Of a stretch of 64,000 bases of DNA, positions 40,688-51,323 are shown one piece after another. Where the stretch lies: contig NZ_JBILTE010000001.1 in assembly GCF_044371705.1 (NCBI RefSeq), positions 2,570-66,569 of the forward strand, given 5' to 3'. The notes beneath the pieces were generated by a model. It did not search any database and was not told the DNA's origin. It saw only the letters and a list, made by a program, of their open reading frames with translations. This stretch comes from Flavobacterium sp. Lineage in GTDB: Bacteria > Bacteroidota > Bacteroidia > Flavobacteriales > Flavobacteriaceae. How positions within the stretch are numbered: position 1 is the stretch's first letter; every line of letters starts with the position of its first letter. The position numbers and the translations under genes were made by a program.

Positions 40688-42928
40688 ATGGATGCTATTT
40701 TATTTTTTATGAAAAAGAATTTTAAAACCTTACTATTGGTGATTGGCCTTTCGGCATCACTATTGGCTTTCAGTGTAATTGATTTTAAGCAAGAAGTTCA
40801 AAACGATCCTGAGAAGGATAAAATGCTTTTGGAATTATTAACTTTTGTTATAGAACGGGGTCATTATGATCCGATTGCTATTGATGATAACTTTTCAAAA
40901 GGTGTTTATAAGGATTATATCGAATCATTAGACCCATCCAAAAGATATTTTTTGCAATCAGATATTGATCAGTTTGCTCAGTATGAAACATTGATTGACG
41001 ATCAAATTAAAAATAAAGATTTAACTTTTTTTGATTTGACTTACGCTACGTATTTAAAAAGAATGGAAGAAAGCACAAAATTCTATAAAGATATTTTGAG
41101 TAAACCTTTTGATTTTTCTGTAAAGGAAGAATTAGATACCGACTATGAAAAAGCACCTTATGCCAAAAATGAAAATGAATTGAAAGAAAGATGGAGAAAA
41201 CAAATTAAATTATCCACCTTATCATCTTTAGTTGATAAATTGAGTCTTCAAGAAGGTAGTTCAAATGTTGCATCAGTTGAATTAGGAGATGAGGTATTCG
41301 CTCCAAAAAAAGAAGAAAAAAAGTCGGATAAAGTAATTGAAAAGAAATCCTATGAGGTATTGGAAAAAGAGGCTAGAGAGAGTTCTTTAAATTCATTGAA
41401 TGATTATTTCAACTTCATGAAAGATTTAGACCGAAATGATTGGTTTGGTTTGTATATCAATGCCATTGCATCTCGTTTTGACCCTCACACTAATTATATG
41501 GCTCCCGATGATAAAGAGCGTTTTGATGTAAGTATGAGTGGAAAATTTGAAGGAATTGGAGCTCGTTTACAAAAGAAAAATGACCTTACTGAAATAATTG
41601 AACTTATTTCTGGTGGGCCTGCTTGGCGAGGTAAAGAGTTAGAGCAAGGTGATGTGATATTGAAAGTTGCTCAGGGGAATGAAGAACCGGTGGATATTGT
41701 TGGCATGCGTTTGGATGATGTTGTTAAGAAAATAAAAGGGCCAAAAGGAACAGAAGTTCGATTAACAGTTAAAAAAGTAGATGGTACAATCGTTGTAATT
41801 TCTTTAATACGTGATACAGTAGAAACGGAAGAAACGTATGCTAAGTCAAGTGTTATCGAAAGAAATGGAGTTAAATATGGTATTATTTATTTACCAAAAT
41901 TCTATATAGATTTTGAAAATAAAGACAGTCGCGATGCAGCCAAAGATGTAGCAATAGAAGTTGAGCGACTAAAAAAAGAAGGAGTCAAGGGAATTATCAT
42001 GGACGTTCGTGATAATGGCGGCGGTTCATTGAAAACAGTGGTTGACATTACAGGTTTATTTATTGAGCAAGGTCCAGTAGTACAAATTAAATCGGCTGGT
42101 GCACGAAAAGAAGTGTTATTTGATCGTGATCCTCAAGTGCAGTGGGATGGACCTCTAGTGGTGATGATTAATAATTTTTCTGCCTCAGCTTCTGAAATTT
42201 TAGCTGCAGCTATCCAAGATTATAAAAGAGGAGTGGTTATTGGAAGCAAACAATCCTACGGTAAAGGAACCGTGCAAAATGTAATTGATTTGAATCAGTT
42301 TGTACGCGGCAATAGTGCAGGTGATTTAGGAGCATTAAAAACAACAACCCAGAAGTTCTATAGAATTAATGGAGGATCTACTCAGCTGGAAGGCGTTTCG
42401 AGTGATGTTGTGATGCCTGATAGATATTCATACATTGATATTGGCGAAAGAGATATGGAAAATGCTATGCCTTGGACAAAGATTGATCCTGCAAATTATT
42501 CTGTTTGGAACAAAACCAATAATTTTGATAAAGCCGTTGAATCAAGTAGAAAGAGAATTGAAAATAATGAACAATTTCAGTTGATTGATAAAGGAGCACA
42601 GTGGACTAAAGAACGTAGAGATGTGACTGTTTACAGCTTGAATTTAGAAGAATTTAAATCGGCCCAAAAAGAGCTTGAAGTAAAAAGTAAAGAATACAAA
42701 GTGCTTTCGGATTATACGAATAATTTAGTTTTCAAACCTATTACATTTGATGAGGAACTAATGAAAACGGATGTTTCTTTCAAAGAAAAAAGAGAACGTT
42801 GGTTTGAAAACTTAGGAAAAGATATTTACGTAGAGGAAGCTTTAAATGTTTTGGATGATTTACAAACAAATCCGGTAATCAAAGGACAAGTAAATTTTAA
42901 AAAGAAAGATAAATTAGTGAAATCGTAA
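40688..42928 (+). CDS. Carboxy-terminal processing protease (S41, Prc/Tsp-type)
   Basis: PDZ region GIGA...; DVRDNGGGSL, SASASEI and YGKGTVQ motifs. The start could instead be the ATG at 40709. Confidence 0.93.
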   Translation: MDAILFFMKKNFKTLLLVIGLSASLLAFSVIDFKQEVQNDPEKDKMLLELLTFVIERGHYDPIAIDDNFSKGVYKDYIESLDPSKRYFLQSDIDQFAQYETLIDDQIKNKDLTFFDLTYATYLKRMEESTKFYKDILSKPFDFSVKEELDTDYEKAPYAKNENELKERWRKQIKLSTLSSLVDKLSLQEGSSNVASVELGDEVFAPKKEEKKSDKVIEKKSYEVLEKEARESSLNSLNDYFNFMKDLDRNDWFGLYINAIASRFDPHTNYMAPDDKERFDVSMSGKFEGIGARLQKKNDLTEIIELISGGPAWRGKELEQGDVILKVAQGNEEPVDIVGMRLDDVVKKIKGPKGTEVRLTVKKVDGTIVVISLIRDTVETEETYAKSSVIERNGVKYGIIYLPKFYIDFENKDSRDAAKDVAIEVERLKKEGVKGIIMDVRDNGGGSLKTVVDITGLFIEQGPVVQIKSAGARKEVLFDRDPQVQWDGPLVVMINNFSASASEILAAAIQDYKRGVVIGSKQSYGKGTVQNVIDLNQFVRGNSAGDLGALKTTTQKFYRINGGSTQLEGVSSDVVMPDRYSYIDIGERDMENAMPWTKIDPANYSVWNKTNNFDKAVESSRKRIENNEQFQLIDKGAQWTKERRDVTVYSLNLEEFKSAQKELEVKSKEYKVLSDYTNNLVFKPITFDEELMKTDVSFKEKRERWFENLGKDIYVEEALNVLDDLQTNPVIKGQVNFKKKDKLVKS

Positions 42929-42941
42929 GGTTTCAAATTTA

Positions 42942-44048
42942 ATGAGTCAACAACCACAATCATTAACAGGAATTGCACTCCGGAAATTTAAAAAAAATTT
43001 CTGGGGTGTTTTTAGTTTTGGATTCATAGTACTGGTTCTATTTGTTGCTATTTTTGCCTATGTTTTAGCACCTGATTCTTCAGAAAACGCCAATCAAATG
43101 CATCTTTCTATTTATTCCAAAAGTCCGGGTTTTGAAGTAAAAATGCTTGTAATTCCGCAAGAAGGAGCAGTAAACAAATCATTTAAAGATTTTTTTATCG
43201 GACACACCCATCAGTCCACAGAAATTCCTATCAGCAATTATAAACTCATAGAAAACGGTATACAATATGTAGAGTATTCTGAAGATCCAAGTCTACAATT
43301 GACCAAAGAAATTTATCTAGATAAATTTCCGGGTTTTACAACAATCAAAGAAGTGGAAGATCAATTAATTGTGACTAAGAAGTTTATTTTAGGAACCGAT
43401 AAATACGGACGTGATTTACTAAGCCGAATGATTATTGGCTCAAGAGTATCCATTTCAATCGGTTTTGTTGCCGTACTTATTTCTGTTATTGTTGGTTTGT
43501 TTTTTGGGGCTTTAGGTGGTTATTATGGTGGTAAAGTGGATGCTTTTGTTATGTGGTTAGTTAATGTTATTTGGTCCATTCCAACACTTTTATTAGTAAT
43601 TGCTATTACTTTAGCCTTAGGAAAAGGATTTTGGCAGGTATTTGTTGCGGTAGGTTTAACCATGTGGGTAGAAGTTGCTCGTGTAGTGCGTGGCCAAATC
43701 ATCAGTGTTAAGGAAATGCAATATGTTACTGCTGCAAGAGCATTAGGTTTTTCAAATCCCAGAATTATCATCAATCATATATTGCCTAATATTATGGCAC
43801 CGGTTATTGTCATATCAGCAGCAAATTTTGCTTCGGCAATATTGGTTGAAAGCGGTTTGAGTTTTTTGGGTTTAGGTGCACAACCACCTATTCCAAGTTG
43901 GGGAGGCATGATCAAAGATCATTACAATTATATTATTCTGGGCAAACCGTATTTAGCTTTAGTACCGGGAACTGCAATTATGTTGATTACTTTAGCGTTT
44001 ATGATGACCGGTAACGCTTTAAGAGATGCTTTGGATGTTAAGTCCTAA
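42942..44048 (+). CDS. ABC transporter permease (DppC/OppC-like)
   Basis: LGTDKYGRDLLSR, EAA-like loop EMQYVTAARALG, ESGLSFLGLG and PSWG. Confidence 0.9.
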   Translation: MSQQPQSLTGIALRKFKKNFWGVFSFGFIVLVLFVAIFAYVLAPDSSENANQMHLSIYSKSPGFEVKMLVIPQEGAVNKSFKDFFIGHTHQSTEIPISNYKLIENGIQYVEYSEDPSLQLTKEIYLDKFPGFTTIKEVEDQLIVTKKFILGTDKYGRDLLSRMIIGSRVSISIGFVAVLISVIVGLFFGALGGYYGGKVDAFVMWLVNVIWSIPTLLLVIAITLALGKGFWQVFVAVGLTMWVEVARVVRGQIISVKEMQYVTAARALGFSNPRIIINHILPNIMAPVIVISAANFASAILVESGLSFLGLGAQPPIPSWGGMIKDHYNYIILGKPYLALVPGTAIMLITLAFMMTGNALRDALDVKS

Positions 44049-44090
44049 CTGTTAATTTTCTTTTATATTATTGCTTTATTCGTCCGAATT

Positions 44091-44894
44091 ATGACCTACT
44101 TGAAACTTTCTATTTTTACTTTTTTTCTTTTTTATATCGAAAGTTGTAAAGAAGTTAGCTTAGATGAGAAGTCTACAACTCCTACAATTTCTAACGAAGT
44201 ATTTTCAACGGATTTCAATTATTTGCCTACTTCTACAACCAACCAAATAATTGAACATCAATTTTACACATTATCCTATTCAGAACTGCATGAACAGGCT
44301 GAGTGGGTTGCTTATGAACTAAAGAAGGAATTTATATCTTCAAGAAATCTCAAAAGACCCTATTTTAATCAAGATGTCAAAGTTGGCACAAAATCAGCTG
44401 ATTGGAGGAATTATAAAAATTCGGGTTATGATAGAGGACATCTAGTACCTGCCGGTGATATGAAGTTTTCTGAAGATGCATTTACGGACACTTTTTTTAC
44501 TTCGAATATTTCGCCGCAATTGACAAGTTTTAACAATGGTGTTTGGAATCGTTTGGAACAAAAAGTGCGGTATTGGGCCGATAAATATGACGGTATTTAT
44601 GTTATTACAGGAGGTGTTTTAGAATCGGAATTGCGAACCATTGGTGAAGAAGAAGTAGCAGTTCCAAACTACTTTTATAAGGTGCTTTTGGATACAGATG
44701 TAACAACTAATCATGTAAAAATGATTGCTTTTCTGGTGCCACACGAAAGCAGTAATCAGCCTCTTTACGAATTTGTAGTTTCAGTTGATGAATTGGAACA
44801 GCTTACAGGCATTGATTTTTTCCCAAATATTTCTAATCAGCTAGAAACTGAATTAGAACGTAAATCCGATTACAAATCTTGGAGTTTTAACTAA
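44091..44894 (+). CDS. DNA/RNA non-specific endonuclease (His-Me finger), probable lipoprotein
   Basis: YDRGHLVPA active site, NISPQ...FNNGVW and VPNYFYK; IESC lipobox-like. Confidence 0.92.
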   Translation: MTYLKLSIFTFFLFYIESCKEVSLDEKSTTPTISNEVFSTDFNYLPTSTTNQIIEHQFYTLSYSELHEQAEWVAYELKKEFISSRNLKRPYFNQDVKVGTKSADWRNYKNSGYDRGHLVPAGDMKFSEDAFTDTFFTSNISPQLTSFNNGVWNRLEQKVRYWADKYDGIYVITGGVLESELRTIGEEEVAVPNYFYKVLLDTDVTTNHVKMIAFLVPHESSNQPLYEFVVSVDELEQLTGIDFFPNISNQLETELERKSDYKSWSFN

Positions 44895-44903
44895 TTAAAT
44901 GAT

Positions 44904-45734
44904 ATGAAAAAGTATTTAATACTATTGTTTTTATTATTTTCATTAGTGGTTGCATCACAAAATTATAAAGTGATGACCTACAATATCCGCCTCGATGTAG
45001 CCAGTGATGGCGAAAACGCATGGAATTTACGTAAAAATCATGTAGCTGATTTACTTCAGTTTTACCAGCCTGATATCCTTGGAATTCAAGAGGGTTTGCC
45101 ACACCAAGTTCATTATTTAGATTCACTTCTAATTGGTTATCAGGTAATTGGTCAGGGAAGAGATGGCGGTAAAAAAGGGGAACAAAGTGCTATTTTTTTT
45201 AATCACCAAACATTTGATGTTTTAGAATCGGATACATTTTGGCTATCCGAAACACCTGAAAAGGTTTCTAAAGGTTGGGACGCACAATTGAATAGAATTT
45301 GTACGTATGCATTGTTTAAAAATAAAATAACAAAAGAGGTATTTTGGGTTTTTAATACTCATTTAGATCATGTGGGTGTAGTTGCTAGAGAAAAAAGTGT
45401 ACAACTGATTCATCAAATGATAGAATCAAAAAATAGTAAAAAATATCCTGTGGTTGTGATGGGTGATTTGAATTCTGACCCTACTACCAATCAGGTCAAG
45501 TTCTTGTCTGAAAAATATTTGAATGCCAAAAAAGAAGCCGCTTTTGTATACAATGCAACTGGAACTTTTAATGGTTTTGATTTTTTCAAATCGGTCACAA
45601 CCGAAATAGATTTTATTTTTTTGAGTAGAGAAAAAATAACTATTCAAAAATATGCAGTCTTAACAGATAGTTATAATTGTAAATATCCTTCCGATCACTT
45701 TCCGGTTTTGGTAGAATTTCAGTTCACAAAATAA
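44904..45734 (+). CDS. Exported endonuclease/exonuclease/phosphatase-family protein
   Basis: Signal peptide; VMTYNI, LGIQE, NTHLDH, GDLNS and SDHFPV motifs. Confidence 0.9.
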   Translation: MKKYLILLFLLFSLVVASQNYKVMTYNIRLDVASDGENAWNLRKNHVADLLQFYQPDILGIQEGLPHQVHYLDSLLIGYQVIGQGRDGGKKGEQSAIFFNHQTFDVLESDTFWLSETPEKVSKGWDAQLNRICTYALFKNKITKEVFWVFNTHLDHVGVVAREKSVQLIHQMIESKNSKKYPVVVMGDLNSDPTTNQVKFLSEKYLNAKKEAAFVYNATGTFNGFDFFKSVTTEIDFIFLSREKITIQKYAVLTDSYNCKYPSDHFPVLVEFQFTK

Positions 45735-45735
45735 A

Positions 45736-46989
45736 TTACCATTCATTCACTTTATTGGCATCTAACTTTAAAAATATAAAAAGTAAGATGGTAAAGGCCC
45801 ATAAACTAGAACCTCCGTAGGAAAAGAACGGAAGAGGCACTCCAATCGTAGGGAACAATTTAATAAGCATTGCGATATTCACAAAAAAGTGTGTGAATAA
45901 AATAGTAGCCACACTATATCCATAAATTCTACTGAATTTAGTTTTTTGGTATTCTGCTAAATAAAGTATCCGAAACAATAATAATACATACAAACCAATT
46001 ACAATCAAGCAACCAATGAATCCCCATTCTTCACCAACAGTTGTAAAAATATAATCGGTGTGTTGTTCGGGTACAAAACCACCTTTGGTTTGGGTGCCTT
46101 CTAAAAATCCTTTACCAAACCAACCACCGGAACCAATAGCAATCATGGATTGATTTAAGTTATATCCTTCAGCTTTTAAATCGACGGTATCATCAAATAA
46201 TACATTAATACGGTCTTTTTGATGGGGTTCTAAAACATTGTCGTAAACAAAATCTACAGAGAGCACAAAAGATGAAGCTGCAATAAATACTATTAGATAG
46301 GCGAGTGGATTTCGATAAGCTCTTTTTGTTTTCAGAAAGTGAAAAATCATCAGTAAAAGTATGACAGCCAAAATGTATATAGGTTGGATAAACAATGAAC
46401 TAAAGAATAATACAAAGGCAAAAAAGCCCGTCCACAAATACCAGTCAGGAAGTCCTTCACGGTTTAAAACTAAAATTAACGAAACGAAAATCATTGCACT
46501 ACCGGCATCTGGTTGAAGCAATATCAAAACAAAGGGAAGCCCAATGATTGCAAAGGCTATAATCTGATGTTTGGTATTTTTTAGATTAATTTGTGCATCA
46601 CTTAGAAATTTTGCCAGCAATAGTATGGTAGTTGTTTTAACAAACTCCGAAGGTTGGAGACTAAAGGCACCTATTCCATACCAGTTGGTTTGACCTTTCA
46701 CCGTTTTCCCAAAAACGAAAAGTCCCATTAGCAATAGGATCCCGAGTCCGTAAAGCACAAAGGAATACTTTTCATAAAATTTTGCATCAATTGAAAGCAC
46801 AATTGTTATCAATGGAATGGTTAGGCAAATGAAAATTAGTTGTTTGCCATATTCTCTTGTAAAATCAAATCCCATGGAATCATTAGGGAGTGAAGAGGAA
46901 TAAATATTCATCCAACCCATGATAACCAATGTTGCAAACAACAATACAGTTATCCAGTCCAGATTCGCTACAACACTTTGATTTTTCAC
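45736..46989 (-). CDS. rodA: Rod shape-determining protein RodA (SEDS)
   Basis: LQPSEFVK, QPDAGS, PEQHTDYIF, GEEWG and PFFSYGGSS; follows mrdA. Confidence 0.96.
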   Translation of the reverse strand: MKNQSVVANLDWITVLLFATLVIMGWMNIYSSSLPNDSMGFDFTREYGKQLIFICLTIPLITIVLSIDAKFYEKYSFVLYGLGILLLMGLFVFGKTVKGQTNWYGIGAFSLQPSEFVKTTTILLLAKFLSDAQINLKNTKHQIIAFAIIGLPFVLILLQPDAGSAMIFVSLILVLNREGLPDWYLWTGFFAFVLFFSSLFIQPIYILAVILLLMIFHFLKTKRAYRNPLAYLIVFIAASSFVLSVDFVYDNVLEPHQKDRINVLFDDTVDLKAEGYNLNQSMIAIGSGGWFGKGFLEGTQTKGGFVPEQHTDYIFTTVGEEWGFIGCLIVIGLYVLLLFRILYLAEYQKTKFSRIYGYSVATILFTHFFVNIAMLIKLFPTIGVPLPFFSYGGSSLWAFTILLFIFLKLDANKVNEW

Positions 46990-48843
46990 TTACTTATTAA
47001 TTATAAAAGGCTGTCCGCTTAAAACTTTGGCATACTCACTTTCCAAACTTGTGGCAAACATTCTAGTTTCAAGATCGGTTCTTGTAATCTTTCCTTTTAA
47101 ATATTTTTCTATCATTAAACTTGCAATCGGCCCGGCAATTCGTGCACCCCAATACCCATTTTCTACAAAAACTGCAATGGCAATTTTTGGATTGTCTTTG
47201 GGTGCAAAAGCCACAAAAATAGAATGGTCAGTCAGCTGAACTCTTTTGCCATCAATTTTAGTAAAATTTTCTGCTGTACCGGTTTTGCCACAAATTTCAA
47301 TTCCTTCTACTTGCAAACGAGAAGCAGTTCCCATATTGTACACATCATGCAGTCCATTGATAACCGGTTGAAAATATTGCTTATCTATAGTTGTTTCATG
47401 TTTGGTAGTGAACTTTGGATCGATTGTACTGTCTTTAATTTTTTTTATAATATGAGGCGTGTAGTAATGTCCATGATTAGCCACTGCAGCCATCACATTA
47501 CAAAGTTGAATAGGTGTTGTTAGTACTTCTCCTTGTCCAATGGCATTCGATATAATGGTGGTACTTCTCCAACCACCGGCTGAATAATATTTGTTGTATA
47601 GTTTTGTGGTAGGTACTTTTCCTCTTTTGCCTGGAGGTAAATCATAACCCATAAAATCTCCTAAACCAAAACTTTTCAAATGGTTGCTCCATGCGTCGAC
47701 ACCGTAGGCGGGTTTTGGGTATTTTTCAATTGTTTTTTTATACGTATTTGCAAAATAGGTATTGCAGGAGCTGTAAATGCCATTATTCAAACTAAAGGTT
47801 CCCGAATCGTGGCATTTCATAAAACGATTTCCATATGCAAACCCATGTCGGCAAACAAAAGATGTTTGTTCGTCAATAACTTCTTCTTGCAAACCAACAA
47901 GAGCTGTCAAAATTTTAAAGGGTGAACCCGGCGGATATTCAGCTAAAAGACCTCTATCAAATAATGGTTTGGCAATGCTATCATTGTACAATGCAGTGTA
48001 ATTTTTTGAACGTTGTCTTCCCACAAGTAAGGCGGGATCATAGGTTGGAGCAGAAATCAAGGCTAATATTTCACCTGTTTTGGGCTCGATAGCAACAATT
48101 CCGCCTCTTTTGTTAACCATTAATTCTTCGCCGTATTTTTGAAGATCAATGTCTAATGTAATTGTAATATCCTGGCCTTGTTTGGCAATCGTATCATAGA
48201 TGCCATTTTTATAGGAACCAATAATTCGATTAAATTTATCTCTTTGATAATATTTAACTCCTTTTTGGCCTCTCAATACTTCTTCGTACTCTTGCTCAAT
48301 GCCTTGTTTGCCTATTAAATCACCACTTTTATAATACGGATTATTATCTATAATTGCTTGGTTCACTTGCGTGATATAACCAAAAACATTGGCTCCCACG
48401 GCAACCTGATAGTCTCTTAAGTTTCTTTTTTGAATTTCAAATCCTTTGTATTTTCCAATTTTTTCCTGAAAGGCGGCAAAATCTTTTCGATTTAATTGTG
48501 TCAAAAAAGGTGACGGAAGTCTTCTGCTATGATTAATTGCTTTTTTTAATATTTTGTCATATTCTTCTTTTGAAATATCAACGAGTTTACAGAATTCCAT
48601 GACATCTATATCCTTCACCTCATTTGGAATAACCATTAAATCGTAGGAAGGCTGATTGGCGATTAAAAGTTTGTTGTTTCGGTCATAAACATATCCACGT
48701 TCGGGATATTCGTAAGCTATTTTAATAGCATTGTTTTCCGATTTAAGTTTGTAATCCTCATCAACTATTTGCAAATAAAAAAGCCTTACCAAAAGTAGCA
48801 CACTGGTAATTGCAATTAAAGAAGGTAATAAATATTTTCTCAT
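46990..48843 (-). CDS. mrdA: Penicillin-binding protein 2
   Basis: PGSPFK (SxxK), SCN and KTGT motifs; lies in the mre operon. Confidence 0.96.
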   Translation of the reverse strand: MRKYLLPSLIAITSVLLLVRLFYLQIVDEDYKLKSENNAIKIAYEYPERGYVYDRNNKLLIANQPSYDLMVIPNEVKDIDVMEFCKLVDISKEEYDKILKKAINHSRRLPSPFLTQLNRKDFAAFQEKIGKYKGFEIQKRNLRDYQVAVGANVFGYITQVNQAIIDNNPYYKSGDLIGKQGIEQEYEEVLRGQKGVKYYQRDKFNRIIGSYKNGIYDTIAKQGQDITITLDIDLQKYGEELMVNKRGGIVAIEPKTGEILALISAPTYDPALLVGRQRSKNYTALYNDSIAKPLFDRGLLAEYPPGSPFKILTALVGLQEEVIDEQTSFVCRHGFAYGNRFMKCHDSGTFSLNNGIYSSCNTYFANTYKKTIEKYPKPAYGVDAWSNHLKSFGLGDFMGYDLPPGKRGKVPTTKLYNKYYSAGGWRSTTIISNAIGQGEVLTTPIQLCNVMAAVANHGHYYTPHIIKKIKDSTIDPKFTTKHETTIDKQYFQPVINGLHDVYNMGTASRLQVEGIEICGKTGTAENFTKIDGKRVQLTDHSIFVAFAPKDNPKIAIAVFVENGYWGARIAGPIASLMIEKYLKGKITRTDLETRMFATSLESEYAKVLSGQPFIINK

Positions 48844-49346
48844 CTTTTAGCAGGCTTAAACAAATAAATGATAATAATGCAAAATAGTAATGTAAAAACA
48901 GAACTTAAAAGTGTTCGCAATAAAATGTCAAAAATGAAACTAAATTTGAATATTTCTAATATAAATAGCACTAAGTGATGTGTTAAAATTGTAATTAATA
49001 AAAACGAAAAACGCTCAGGCGTGAGGCGATCATTAATTTTTACCGTTTGATACTCGTAACTTAAACCAAACGAAAATTTAAAAAATGCAGGTCTAAAATA
49101 GGCAAGTGTGACACATGCTGCGGCATGAACACCGCCCGAATCACTGAACATATCCATTAGTAATCCTAAAAGAAAACTTGCAAATATCAGTCCAGATTTA
49201 TTTCCATTTACCGGATATAAAAGTATAAAAAGTATGTATGGATAGGGATTAATATATTTTAAAAACCCAATTTGATCAAATAAAATTACTTGAAAAAACA
49301 GAAGCAGTAAAAAACGTGCACTATTGATTAATAAGGTACTATTCAT
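48840..49346 (-). CDS. mreD: Rod shape-determining protein MreD
   Basis: Hydrophobic 168 aa protein between mreC and mrdA; GLLMDMFS motif. Confidence 0.85.
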   Translation of the reverse strand: MNSTLLINSARFLLLLFFQVILFDQIGFLKYINPYPYILFILLYPVNGNKSGLIFASFLLGLLMDMFSDSGGVHAAACVTLAYFRPAFFKFSFGLSYEYQTVKINDRLTPERFSFLLITILTHHLVLFILEIFKFSFIFDILLRTLLSSVFTLLFCIIIIYLFKPAKR

Positions 49347-50161
49347 TATTGTTTTGTTGATTCGAGTTTTTCTATTTCTTCTCTGTTTTTATTTTCAATC
49401 ACATACACATGATTGATGCTGGTCATGTCATTAAAAAGCTTAACATCCATTGTAAACAAATTTGTTTTTTTATCTACATAAATTTTGCTGATAATGCCAA
49501 CATTTATATTTTCAGGAAAAATAGATTGTGCACCGGTTACGATAGTATCTCCCTTTTTTACTGTTGCCAATCTTGGAACATCAATTAATTGCACATTCCC
49601 TGCGTTTCTGCCGTTCCAGGTTAAAGTACCAAAATGATTTGATTTTTTTACCTTTGCATTGATTTTTGATTGGGTGTTTAAAACACTTCGCACAGTTGCA
49701 TATTTTTTGTTAGCAATATCTATGATACCAATAATACCTTTGCTATTTACCACCCCCATATCTGGTCCGATGCCGTGATTCGTGCCCGAATTAATAGTCA
49801 GAAAATTTTCTTGAATGTTATAAGAGTTTTTGATAATCTTAGATTGAATAACTTTGTAGTCACCTTCAAGTGATAATTGATTTTTTGCAAGTACTTTGAG
49901 GGTATCTTTTTGATTGTAGAGTAAACTTTTTAGTCGTGCATTCTCAGCTGCCAGACCTTCGTTTTCAGATTTTAAACTCAAGTAGTCTTTAAAAGCACTC
50001 ACCCGTTCGTAAACTCCTCCTGAAATAGTATTTGCCGAATTGATGACTTTGCTGCGATGGTACGAATGAGATTGGATGGTAAGAAGTAATGAAATGCCTA
50101 AAAGCAGCAAAAACAGTAACTTAGTACTGTTTTTTATTATATAATTTATAATTTGCTGCAT
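49346..50161 (-). CDS. mreC: Rod shape-determining protein MreC
   Basis: TM plus coiled coil; GVVNSKGIIG, GDTIVTG and FPENINVG. Confidence 0.92.
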   Translation of the reverse strand: MQQIINYIIKNSTKLLFLLLLGISLLLTIQSHSYHRSKVINSANTISGGVYERVSAFKDYLSLKSENEGLAAENARLKSLLYNQKDTLKVLAKNQLSLEGDYKVIQSKIIKNSYNIQENFLTINSGTNHGIGPDMGVVNSKGIIGIIDIANKKYATVRSVLNTQSKINAKVKKSNHFGTLTWNGRNAGNVQLIDVPRLATVKKGDTIVTGAQSIFPENINVGIISKIYVDKKTNLFTMDVKLFNDMTSINHVYVIENKNREEIEKLESTKQ

Positions 50162-50239
50162 GTGTATTTTACTTCATTAATTGTTTGTGAGCTTTTTAAA
50201 AAAAGGGTCTGTAAAAAGAACAATCAATTAGATTTCTTT

Positions 50240-51268
50240 CTATTTAATTAAAATACTTCTGTATTTGGCAATATTTTTCAAAGCAATTCCTGTTCCTCTT
50301 ACAACCGCACGTAATGGATCTTCGGCAATATAAACAGGCAAATCTGTTTTCAAAGAAATTCGCTTGTCTAAACCTCTTAACATTGAACCTCCGCCGGCTA
50401 AATAGATACCTGTGTTATAAATATCTGCTGCTAATTCAGGAGGAGTTTGTGACAAGGTTTCCATCACGGCATCTTCAATTCTTTGAATGGACTTGTCTAA
50501 AGCTTTTGCAATTTCACGGAAGGAGACGTCTACTTGCTTAGGTTTTCCGGTTAGTAAGTCACGTCCTTGAACTGACATTTCATCGGGTGCAGATTCTAAA
50601 TCTTCGATAGCCGCTCCAATTTCAATTTTTATTTTTTCTGCGCTACTTTCTCCAACAAATAAATTGTGTTGCGTACGCATATAGTAAACAATATCGTTTG
50701 TGAAAACATCACCAGCAATTTTCACTGATTTATCACAAACAATTCCACCTAATGCAATTACGGCAATCTCAGTAGTACCACCACCTATATCCACAATCAT
50801 GTTTCCTTTGGGTTGCATGATATCGATGCCGATACCGATGGCTGCTGCCATAGGCTCATGTATCAAATAAACTTCTTTTCCGTTTACACGTTCACAAGAT
50901 TCTTTAACTGCACGCATTTCCACTTCCGTAATTCCGGATGGAATACATACAACCATTCGTAATGCAGGTGTGAATAATCGCTTCTTTAGAGCAGGAATAC
51001 TTTTGATGAACATATTGATCATCTTTTCTGAAGCATCAAAATCAGCAATTACACCGTCTTTTAACGGGCGAATCGTTTTGATGTTTTCGTGTGTCTTTCC
51101 TTGCATTAAGTTGGCTTCTTTTCCAACAGCAATGATTTTTCCGGTTATTCGGTCACGGGCTACAATTGACGGACTGTCAATCACAACTTTGTCATTATGA
51201 ATAATTAGGGTGTTTGCTGTACCAAGGTCAATTGCTATATCCTCGGTCATGAAATCAAAAAATCCCAT
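50240..51268 (-). CDS. mreB: Actin-like MreB
   Basis: IDLGTANT, RPLKDGVIADF, DIGGGTTE and AGGGSMLRGL. Confidence 0.98.
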   Translation of the reverse strand: MGFFDFMTEDIAIDLGTANTLIIHNDKVVIDSPSIVARDRITGKIIAVGKEANLMQGKTHENIKTIRPLKDGVIADFDASEKMINMFIKSIPALKKRLFTPALRMVVCIPSGITEVEMRAVKESCERVNGKEVYLIHEPMAAAIGIGIDIMQPKGNMIVDIGGGTTEIAVIALGGIVCDKSVKIAGDVFTNDIVYYMRTQHNLFVGESSAEKIKIEIGAAIEDLESAPDEMSVQGRDLLTGKPKQVDVSFREIAKALDKSIQRIEDAVMETLSQTPPELAADIYNTGIYLAGGGSMLRGLDKRISLKTDLPVYIAEDPLRAVVRGTGIALKNIAKYRSILIK

Positions 51269-51309
51269 AGGTTTATTTAGGGTTTATTAGGTTTGTACTA
51301 CGTAACAAG

Positions 51310-51317
51310 CAAAGGTA
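51310..51317 (-). promoter_or_regulatory. -7 box (TACCTTTG) of the mre operon
   Basis: Exact TAnnTTTG in the purH-mreB spacer. Confidence 0.6.
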
Positions 51318-51323
51318 TAAAAA

